Source: a virus. Taken from it: a stretch of 64,000 nucleotides of DNA. Position numbers and translations under genes: made by a program. Location of the stretch: positions 64,001 to 128,000 of the IMG/VR virus record IMGVR_UViG_3300042897_000994; one strand, written 5' to 3'. The stretch's first letter is position 1. Each line of letters begins with the position of its first letter. The notes under the pieces are model-generated. The model had not been told where the DNA came from and ran no database searches. It saw only the letters and a list, made by a program, of their open reading frames with translations. Shown here piece after piece: positions 18,063-26,259 of the stretch.

Positions 18063-19883
18063 ATGCCAGCACAGTATAAAGATAGCGAAGTACAGCTAGT
18101 AGTCCCAAAGGGAGATCTTGAAGAAAGAATTTCCTGGAGCAGTGAAAAAGTCAGCCAGTTTATGCTTGCTCTCGACGAAGGATATAAACCCAAGGGTGGA
18201 ACTCCTTTCTATGAAGGTAATCCTGATTTGAGAAAGGGAAATATACTTTTTGATTATACTGCACATGAAATTGAAGAAATTAAAAAATGCGCATCAGATA
18301 TATGTTATTTTGCCGATAACTACTGCACTGTAATGACTGATGAAGGTCTTAGAACAATTGTTCTCAGAGATTATCAGCATGAAATGTTGAATCACTTTCA
18401 AGATAATAGATTTTCAATATGTCTCGCAAGTCGTCAGATAGGAAAGACAATATGCTCTTCTATCTATATTGCATGGTATGTCTTATTTAACTATGACAAA
18501 AATGCTTTGATTCTTTCTAACAAAGGCGCAACTACTAGAGAAATTATTGATAAGGCAAAAGTAATTCTTGACAATTTACCTTTCTTTTTGAAACCTGGTG
18601 TCGTAAAGAATGACGTCTTTAATATGAAGTTTGATAATGGCTGTCGTATCATCGGTCAGAGTACAACTAAAAAGGCAGCAATCGGTTTTACCATTCACTT
18701 GTTGTTTATGGACGAGTTTGCACACATCCATTCAAGTTTCTTGGACATATTTTACGAAAACGTTTATCCTACAATTTCATCTTCAAAAATCTCTAGAGTA
18801 ATCATAACGAGTACTCCAAATGGTTTTAACAAATTCTACGATCTCTATACTACTTCGATAAACGGTAAAAATGAATATGCACCCTTCCGAGTAGACTGGT
18901 GGCAAGTTCCCGGCAGGGATGATGCATGGATGAAAAGAGAAGTAGCGAATCTTGGAACAGAAGAAGCTTTCAACAGACAATATGGCAATCAGTTTATCGC
19001 TAGTTCTAATCTACTCTTAGGGCCTTCTACTATTAAACGTTTACAGGCTGGAGAAAAAGCTTTTGTTCATCATGAATTTTATGAGTTAGATGACATTGAT
19101 ACTAATTATAGCAGTCTGGTCTGGCATCCTGAATTCGATATTGATAGAACAAGAGAAGACGGAGAATACTGGGTTCTTTCTGTAGATATCGCAGAAGGAA
19201 ACGGTGGAGACTATTCAGTAATTAATATCTTCAGTATTGATGTTATCCCAACTGAAGACTTTAAGAATATCAAAAATCCTGGTACTTTTATCGACTTTTT
19301 TGGATTGAAGCAGATAGGAGTTTTCAGAAGTAATGAGCACACAATAGAAGAATTTAGTAAAATTCTATATGTTTTAGGATTTAATATTTTTGATCCAGAA
19401 AACGTTAAAATGGTTATTGAGTGGAATATGTTTGGATCCGAATTGATTAGAAGAATGGAAACTATTTTTCCAGCCAAGAATGATTTTGATGAAGAAATGA
19501 TAGTCAAATTTAAACATAGAGCAGATGCCAAACAGCTTAAATTCGGATTAAAACTAAAAAGAGATAACAAATCAATCTTCTGTCAAAATTTTAAAAAATA
19601 TGTTTCGCAAAATAGAATTACAGTAGAACACAAACACACAATTACCGAGTGTATTAGTTTCGGTAAAACACCAACCGGAAGCTACGAAGGAATGTTAGGA
19701 AATGACGATTTAGCAATGTCATGTGTAAACGTTTCTGAATTTTTTCATACCGTTGACTTTTCTGATTTTGTAGAAGAAAAATATGACCTTGTAGATAAAA
19801 GTATTCAAAATGTGATTGATGAATTATTGGCAAGAGATAAAGATGACGGTAATCTTTTTTATGATATTTACGATCTAGTTTGA
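18063..19883 (+). CDS. gp17: Terminase large subunit, gp17-like
   Basis: 'LRDYQ', 'SRQIGKT', 'MDEFAH', 'STPNG', 'VDIAEG.GGDYS', 'DDLAMS'. Confidence 0.97.
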   Translation: MPAQYKDSEVQLVVPKGDLEERISWSSEKVSQFMLALDEGYKPKGGTPFYEGNPDLRKGNILFDYTAHEIEEIKKCASDICYFADNYCTVMTDEGLRTIVLRDYQHEMLNHFQDNRFSICLASRQIGKTICSSIYIAWYVLFNYDKNALILSNKGATTREIIDKAKVILDNLPFFLKPGVVKNDVFNMKFDNGCRIIGQSTTKKAAIGFTIHLLFMDEFAHIHSSFLDIFYENVYPTISSSKISRVIITSTPNGFNKFYDLYTTSINGKNEYAPFRVDWWQVPGRDDAWMKREVANLGTEEAFNRQYGNQFIASSNLLLGPSTIKRLQAGEKAFVHHEFYELDDIDTNYSSLVWHPEFDIDRTREDGEYWVLSVDIAEGNGGDYSVINIFSIDVIPTEDFKNIKNPGTFIDFFGLKQIGVFRSNEHTIEEFSKILYVLGFNIFDPENVKMVIEWNMFGSELIRRMETIFPAKNDFDEEMIVKFKHRADAKQLKFGLKLKRDNKSIFCQNFKKYVSQNRITVEHKHTITECISFGKTPTGSYEGMLGNDDLAMSCVNVSEFFHTVDFSDFVEEKYDLVDKSIQNVIDELLARDKDDGNLFYDIYDLV

Positions 19884-19928
19884 TATATAAATAGAAGAAT
19901 ACAAAAAGCTATTCCGCGAAGATATATA
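19882..19928 (+). promoter_or_regulatory. Two tandem late promoter motifs (GATATATA at 19882 and 19921) before the sheath gene
   Basis: Two exact motif copies 39 nt apart. Confidence 0.75.
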
Positions 19929-19946
19929 AAAAAAATCTAACTAAAA

Positions 19947-22900
19947 ATGGCATTAAGTCCTCAAATTGCTGCATTCAAATCTTCAGGTGTATATAGACTG
20001 GAGTTTGACAAAAGTCAAACCGTAGCTATTCCAGCTGAACAATTAAGACTTATCGTAGGATTTTCTAGAAAAGGTCCTTTTAATACTCCAGTGTTTTGTC
20101 CAGATTCAGGTTTCTTTAGAAGTGTTTTCGGAGACATCAGCAGAGCTGATGAGAGAAAACAAAGTTACTTCCACAGAAGCTGTTTAACTGCATTGGAGAG
20201 AGGTCCAATTCTAGCTCTTAACCTATTGAGATTAAACAACGCTACCGATGGCACCGGAGACTACGATGAGGCATATATGTTCTCTAGTAGTTCAACTTCG
20301 GCTAACGAAGGTTACACCACAGACGCACTCTACTCTGGTTACTACAATCAAGATAAGTTCTTCTATCCAGAAGAAGCAGCTACTTTAACAAACATTGGAG
20401 CGACAGACTCGGCTCCTTTCAACAAATTATTCAACTTCGTAAATCTTGGTCAGTCAAAGCTAACAGTTCTTGTTAGAAAAGCTGCTCCAGATAACGTAAG
20501 AGGTTTCAACGTTACAGTTCAAGACTGGTACGGATCTGCAAATATTCCAAGCTTTTTAAACCCTGAAAGTTATATTTCAGATTTTATGGTAGATGTGCTT
20601 GTAATGGGTGGAGATTTCGGTGCTGATGCAACTGCAACCTATCCTTACGAAAGATTCTCTTCAGATCCTTCTTTTGCTCAATATTTTGACAAGCAAAGAG
20701 GTTTGGTTAGAAAACTTTCTCCAAGTGATGTAACTGATACTTCAGTTGCTCAATTCTTGAATCTTCCACAAGTTCAATTCCTTTCAACATACACAGGTTG
20801 TTTAATCCCTGAATTTACAGATCTTCAAGGTAATAACTTGTATATTGAAACTCTAATTAACGCAGATACTGCAGCAACCGGTTTATTCTGTGCAATAAAC
20901 ACTGCAATGTTTGATCTTGATCTGGTTATCGATGGAGTAAATGGTGGAATTGACCTAGTAGGCCACGAACTCGAAAGACTTAAACCTGAAACTGTAGACT
21001 TCCTTTCGTATAAAGGAACCATTGTATCAGATCTTAGCTATGCAGGAAACGTAAGTACTGTTAATTCGGTTTCTCTATCTGGGTGCACGATTTTACCAGA
21101 AAGTGCGGGAGATATAGAATTTAGCGTATCTAAAGCAAGTAACCTTGCTCTTTATAATGTAATCACAGGAATGACTGCTAACGTTGATGTTAGCGATAGA
21201 ACAGTAGGTACGTATATTCTAACGGCGACTGGAAGTTATGCAGTACCTGTTATCTTTAAAACTTCTACTTCTACGCAAGCTACTTTTGCAGTATCCAGTG
21301 TAAAAAGCGATACTTCTAGTAATTTTAGTGCTGCAGATTTTCCAAATGCAAGTGGAACCCTTAAATTTATTAATCCTGTTGATATGAATTTTGTAACTCA
21401 AGAAGACGGAGATACTGGTACTATTGTTGCAGGACCCGCTTCTACTCTATATGAAGCTGCACAAGACGGGATTGTTACTGATGGTGATAAAGCAGAATTC
21501 GGAGCAACATATGCAACTTCTGCTACTCTATATCTAGACTTTAACGCAGAGAACAAAGATTATATCTATTCCAACAATAGTGGAATAGATGAAATACCTA
21601 TTTCAGACGAATTATACCCACTCCCAGTATTTACTGTAAATGCTTATGAAGATGCAGCTTTCACTTCACCAGTTACTGATGACGCAGATTTCGGAATTAA
21701 TCAGGGAGGTAAGTTTTTCTTCAATACTGCTGAAGTACCTTATACTAACGGTACATTCGGAGTTCAAACCTTTGCAGGTTCTCTTAACATAACAATGGAT
21801 GTTTTAGAAGATTCTACAAATGCTGGAAGTACTCTAAGAGCAAACCAAGTCATCGTAAGTTCTACATATTCTGCAGATGTTCTGGTAGGAAACTACTTAG
21901 TTCAAAATGTAGGAAACACTGCTTCTGGGATTTCTTCTAGATTAACTAGGATCACCGAAGTAGTCGGTTTAAGTAACTTTACAAATCCTTCACACCCTAC
22001 ACCACAAAATGCTCTTAAAATTACATGTACTGGTGAAATCTTCATCAATACAATAGGCGGACAAGACACTGTAGAATTATACTACCCTGTTACTGAATGG
22101 TTTAACTACTATGAGCTTTTCACTCTAGACGGATTTGCATTAGGTTCTTATAATATGCCTGATGGTACTAATGACCAACAGAATAATATCATATACGATA
22201 CTTTATCTGGAACTAACTTATTTAATGCTCTAATCGATAAAGACAATATTTCTTACAGATATATCGTAGATACATTCGGAAACGGAATCGAAGCTGGAGA
22301 TAAAGCACTATTATTTACTCTTGCAAAAGAAAGACAAAATGCATTCTTACTTGCAAACGCTCCTTCAGTAGCAAACTTTAAGAAGAGCACCGATCCTTCA
22401 TTCTTGAATATATTAGGACAGTTTGATACTTACTTTGTTTCTACTGGTGGTAATCTTTCAAATAACCCAACTGTTAGATATTCATTACCTAGCATAACAC
22501 AAGGTTCTAGCTATGGAGCTTTCTACTTCCCATTCCTAGTGGTTAGAGAAAATGGAAGCAACATTACAGTTCCACCAGCTGCTTATGTTTCTAATAACTA
22601 TATCGACAAATATACTGCAGCTCTTCCTTGGTCAATTGTGGCCGGAACTAGAAGAGGGGTACTTGGGGGTAGAGGTTTAGTTGGAGTTGAATACAACTTA
22701 AGCAAAACTGATAGAGATAACGTTGAACCGTTTGGATTGAATCCAATTGTATTCCAACCAGGAAGTGGATTGGTAATCTTCGGTAACAAAACTGCACAAC
22801 AAAACGTTGTAAGTGCTCTATCATCTGCACACGTTAGAGAAGTTCTAATCTACATTCAAGATGGATTGGCCGCAATCTTGAGGAACTACTTGTTTGAATT

Positions 22901-23144
22901 TAATACTGCTCAGACAAGATTAGAAATCAAGACTTTAGCTGATAACTTCATGACAACCGTACAATCAGAAAATGGTGTATATGCATTTAGAAATATCATG
23001 GACGAAACAAACAATACTCCAGATGTTATTGATAGAAATATCGGTATTCTAGATACATTCATCGAACCAGTAAAAGGTATGGAAATCTTGGTAACAAGAA
23101 CAACTATCTTAAGAACTGGCCAAATTCAATCAGGAAATGCCTAA
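19947..23144 (+). CDS. gp18: Contractile tail sheath, gp18-like, with large insertions
   Basis: 'SGVY..EFD', 'KGPFNTP', 'VPPAAYV', 'AGTRRG', 'NPIV...IFGNKT', 'FEFNT..TR', 'DETNNTPDVIDRN'. Confidence 0.95.
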   Translation: MALSPQIAAFKSSGVYRLEFDKSQTVAIPAEQLRLIVGFSRKGPFNTPVFCPDSGFFRSVFGDISRADERKQSYFHRSCLTALERGPILALNLLRLNNATDGTGDYDEAYMFSSSSTSANEGYTTDALYSGYYNQDKFFYPEEAATLTNIGATDSAPFNKLFNFVNLGQSKLTVLVRKAAPDNVRGFNVTVQDWYGSANIPSFLNPESYISDFMVDVLVMGGDFGADATATYPYERFSSDPSFAQYFDKQRGLVRKLSPSDVTDTSVAQFLNLPQVQFLSTYTGCLIPEFTDLQGNNLYIETLINADTAATGLFCAINTAMFDLDLVIDGVNGGIDLVGHELERLKPETVDFLSYKGTIVSDLSYAGNVSTVNSVSLSGCTILPESAGDIEFSVSKASNLALYNVITGMTANVDVSDRTVGTYILTATGSYAVPVIFKTSTSTQATFAVSSVKSDTSSNFSAADFPNASGTLKFINPVDMNFVTQEDGDTGTIVAGPASTLYEAAQDGIVTDGDKAEFGATYATSATLYLDFNAENKDYIYSNNSGIDEIPISDELYPLPVFTVNAYEDAAFTSPVTDDADFGINQGGKFFFNTAEVPYTNGTFGVQTFAGSLNITMDVLEDSTNAGSTLRANQVIVSSTYSADVLVGNYLVQNVGNTASGISSRLTRITEVVGLSNFTNPSHPTPQNALKITCTGEIFINTIGGQDTVELYYPVTEWFNYYELFTLDGFALGSYNMPDGTNDQQNNIIYDTLSGTNLFNALIDKDNISYRYIVDTFGNGIEAGDKALLFTLAKERQNAFLLANAPSVANFKKSTDPSFLNILGQFDTYFVSTGGNLSNNPTVRYSLPSITQGSSYGAFYFPFLVVRENGSNITVPPAAYVSNNYIDKYTAALPWSIVAGTRRGVLGGRGLVGVEYNLSKTDRDNVEPFGLNPIVFQPGSGLVIFGNKTAQQNVVSALSSAHVREVLIYIQDGLAAILRNYLFEFNTAQTRLEIKTLADNFMTTVQSENGVYAFRNIMDETNNTPDVIDRNIGILDTFIEPVKGMEILVTRTTILRTGQIQSGNA

Positions 23145-23163
23145 ACAAAATAAATAAAAAAGG

Positions 23164-23718
23164 ATGCCATTACCACACTATACTCAAGCTAAAGCTTCTA
23201 TTCAGAAGTTTGAAACGGTACAACCTAACCTATTTGAAGTTACGATGCTCCCTCCTGCGGGTATTGGATTTGACACAGGTCTGGTTCTTCAACATGTAAT
23301 TAAAATCAGCGGTCTAGATGCTGTAAATCCTGCATTTGAAGCAGTTGGACAGAAATATAAATTTGCTGATAGAAGTTATGCAGGTATGCCAGGACAAACT
23401 TATGTAGATCTAAGTATGGATTTTACTGTTAACTTGAATGATGCTAACGAAGCTTATATTTACAAATCTATGCAAGACTGGTATAAGCTAATCTATGATC
23501 CAGCAACCGGGGAAATGGGATTAAAGAAAGATTATGTTGGAACGATTATCGTTCTTCAATATAACAGAGCAGGAGATGTATTTAGAAAGATAACTTTTAA
23601 AGATGCATTTCCTACTGGAAATCCAACATTTGCCGATGAATTGAATTATGAAACTCAAGACCCAGCAGCGGTATCTATGAGTTATAGAAGCGACTACTGG
23701 ATCGAAGAATTAGTTTAA
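23164..23718 (+). CDS. gp19: Tail tube protein, gp19-like
   Basis: 'PNLFEV', 'QDWY', 'QYNRAG', 'DAFPT', 'SDYW'; follows the sheath gene. Confidence 0.9.
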   Translation: MPLPHYTQAKASIQKFETVQPNLFEVTMLPPAGIGFDTGLVLQHVIKISGLDAVNPAFEAVGQKYKFADRSYAGMPGQTYVDLSMDFTVNLNDANEAYIYKSMQDWYKLIYDPATGEMGLKKDYVGTIIVLQYNRAGDVFRKITFKDAFPTGNPTFADELNYETQDPAAVSMSYRSDYWIEELV

Positions 23719-23733
23719 TTAAACAAAATTTAT

Positions 23734-23757
23734 AAGGGTCCGAAAGGACCCTTTTTT
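23734..23757 (+). terminator. Rho-independent terminator after the tail tube gene
   Basis: AAGGGTCC-GAAA-GGACCCTT-TTTT. Confidence 0.9.
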
Positions 23758-23762
23758 ATGCT

Positions 23763-24725
23763 ATGGCTAAAGCGATGAAGTCCAGATCTGCTTCTTCTAA
23801 AACTTCAAAAGAGAAGCCTAAATTATCTGATCTAAAACAGATTGTGATGGGAGGTGATGAAGACACGAAGAGCAATACAGCGGGAAACGATTCTGCAAAA
23901 TCTGATTATTCTTCGGATTCTAATTCAATGCTTAATGCACCTAATTCACAAGTTCCAAACCGAGAACTTAATTACAAAAAAGATCCAAAGCTTTATAAAG
24001 CTCCAGAATCAATTTCTTTGGATAAATCGGCTGCGGGAAGTGCAAAAGCTGCTAAGTCTTTCGTTAAAACCCCGGTAGATTCTAATTATACTTCACCCTA
24101 TCCAAAAGAAACCCCTCTCAGAGATTTAAAAGCTCCTGATATTGTTAATCAATCTAAGGTTTCTGATCCTATAAGTTCTCTTGGAAATATGAAAGTCCCA
24201 GGACCGAAAGATTCTGATTATAGTGATATAAGAAACAATTCGAATCTTGCTTCGAGCAAAAACTTTGATGCATATTCTCGACAAGAATTAGATCCTTCCG
24301 GGAATTCTTCGCAAGTTAGAAATCAAGTTAATCAATCTTTAGCTAATTCTAACTCATCAGTTACTCAGCAGAATTATAAAGACAATAGTGGTAAAATAGG
24401 TAAGGGTGATTTTAGTGATACGCAAAAGGGAAATCAAGAATTTAAAAAAATCAAAGATTCTGCTGTCAAAGAAGGTAGTCCACAAAGAACTTCTTCGATA
24501 CTTGATCAATCTGTAACTGATACAAAAGCCGTAAGTGTTGTAATGCCTGAAATGCCTAAAGAATCTCCAGGTGGAGATCCCATGAAAGGTTCGGTAGAAC
24601 CTACTAAAGCTAAAGATGATTTTACAAGCAAAACAAAATCACAGACAAAAGAATCTATAATGTCTAAAGTAAATGAATCAGGTCTTCAGGCTGCCGGAAG
24701 TTTATCAATAAACGTTTTTAGATAA
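23763..24725 (+). CDS. Ser/Lys/Asn/Pro-rich, probably disordered hypothetical protein
   Basis: Low-complexity 320-aa ORF with few hydrophobic residues. Confidence 0.6.
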   Translation: MAKAMKSRSASSKTSKEKPKLSDLKQIVMGGDEDTKSNTAGNDSAKSDYSSDSNSMLNAPNSQVPNRELNYKKDPKLYKAPESISLDKSAAGSAKAAKSFVKTPVDSNYTSPYPKETPLRDLKAPDIVNQSKVSDPISSLGNMKVPGPKDSDYSDIRNNSNLASSKNFDAYSRQELDPSGNSSQVRNQVNQSLANSNSSVTQQNYKDNSGKIGKGDFSDTQKGNQEFKKIKDSAVKEGSPQRTSSILDQSVTDTKAVSVVMPEMPKESPGGDPMKGSVEPTKAKDDFTSKTKSQTKESIMSKVNESGLQAAGSLSINVFR

Positions 24726-24775
24726 CAAAAAAATTTGCATTCAGTTAGATATATAATCTAATAATCTAATAATAT

Positions 24776-25018
24776 ATGCAGAAAGAAACCCTAACTGAAA
24801 AGCTACAGGTTTTGCTTTCCAAAAACGATCTTCGGGCTTTAAATACTATAATTGCAGCCAGGTCTATGGAAACGGGAGAAAAACCAGTGCCGGCTTCTTT
24901 TTATATAAGAGAACTTATAAAAAGAGATATTGAAGAAAATTACCCAGAACAAAAAAGTTTTGTTGGGGATAAAGTAAAACAAATAATCAGTAACTATCAC
25001 GAAAATGGAAAACAATAA
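24776..25018 (+). CDS. Small hypothetical protein, possibly ribbon-helix-helix
   Basis: 'KLQVLLS...SFYIRELIKRDI'; late motif at 24748. Confidence 0.5.
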   Translation: MQKETLTEKLQVLLSKNDLRALNTIIAARSMETGEKPVPASFYIRELIKRDIEENYPEQKSFVGDKVKQIISNYHENGKQ

Positions 25019-25988
25019 CGATTACAAAGAATCTCTAAAGAAAGAGATTGAAGAATTGGAAAGCTCACCTGTGCAATATGATGCCGAATATGTACAGGAA
25101 ACTGAAGCACCCGAACCTAAACTCGGTAGAGTAACTTCTCACATCAGAGATAAAGAAGAGGAGCTTAAAGAAGTTAACGAAAGAATCGGTTACATTAATC
25201 TTTTAATGACTAATCTCCCATCAAAGGGAAGATTTTATCGTAATGATATGAGAATTTCAATTAGAGCTGCAAGAGTTCTAGAAATTAGAGAATTCTCTAC
25301 AATGGATGAAAATAGTATTCTTGATGTAGATGAAAAACTGAATTCAATCTTGAATTCTTGTTGTAGAATTGAATATGGCGGAAGAAGAGGTAGTCATAAA
25401 GATATTCTAGAAGAAGACAGACTTTTTATTATCTTGTCTATTAGAGAATTAACTTTTGCTACCGGCGAAAACCGGCTTATGATCAATGCCAAATGTAACA
25501 ATTGTAAGAATGATAATTCTTATGAATTGAGAACTAATATTCTACAGTATTATAATACAGATGAGTACGATAAGTACTATGATGAGGAATATAGAGCGTT
25601 TAAATTTGAAACAAAGTCATCAGGAACTATTGTAATGGCTCCTCCTACAATCGGGGTGATGAGAACAGTCACTGAATATATTAAAGAAAAGGAAGAGAAG
25701 AAAGAAAATTGGGATAAGTCATTCCTGCAACTCTTACCTTATCTACAAAGAGATTGGAGAGGTTTTGATAAAAACGGAATCTTTAACGCAAATGTTGAAT
25801 TTAACGGATGGTCAGCCAACAAATATTCAACAGTATATAGACTTGCAGAAAAAATAAGAGTCGGAGTCAAACAAGAGCTAACATGTCAGTGTGGAAACTG
25901 TGACGGGGAGGTCACAGTGCCGATAACCTTTCCCGGAGGCATCAAAGGTCTTTTCGTTATTTCAGATCTCTCTGGAGAACTACTTTAA
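25005..25988 (+). CDS. Baseplate hub / tail assembly chaperone, T4 gp26-like
   Basis: 'LPSKGRFY', 'DRLFIILSIR', two CxxC pairs (CNNC, CGNC); upstream of the tape measure gene. Confidence 0.75.
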   Translation: MENNNDYKESLKKEIEELESSPVQYDAEYVQETEAPEPKLGRVTSHIRDKEEELKEVNERIGYINLLMTNLPSKGRFYRNDMRISIRAARVLEIREFSTMDENSILDVDEKLNSILNSCCRIEYGGRRGSHKDILEEDRLFIILSIRELTFATGENRLMINAKCNNCKNDNSYELRTNILQYYNTDEYDKYYDEEYRAFKFETKSSGTIVMAPPTIGVMRTVTEYIKEKEEKKENWDKSFLQLLPYLQRDWRGFDKNGIFNANVEFNGWSANKYSTVYRLAEKIRVGVKQELTCQCGNCDGEVTVPITFPGGIKGLFVISDLSGELL

Positions 25989-26235
25989 AGCAAAGGTGGC
26001 TCTCTATTACCACATCAGGCTTCAGCCTAGTGAAATAGAGAACCTCCCTTTCTATGAGTTTGAAATAACTATGAAAGAATTATCCGAATTGCTTAAACAG
26101 AAGAATGATGCTGAGAGAAAAGCTTATGGCCAGCAACAAGATTCTAGTGGAGGTGACGTAGGTAAATATATGGGAATGGCTAAAAATATGACAAGCGGAC
26201 TTAAAATGCCTAAATTTAGTAGACCTAAATTCTAA
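25930..26235 (+). CDS. gp51-like hub assembly protein, probably the +1 frame extension of the gp26-like gene
   Basis: Frame open from 25927. The gp51-like motif 'ISLENYFKAKVALYYH...SEIENLPFYE' begins upstream of the only candidate start (GTG 25996). Confidence 0.65.
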   Translation, partial: FPEASKVFSLFQISLENYFKAKVALYYHIRLQPSEIENLPFYEFEITMKELSELLKQKNDAERKAYGQQQDSSGGDVGKYMGMAKNMTSGLKMPKFSRPKF

Positions 26236-26259
26236 TATATAAAAAAACATCTTTGAAGG

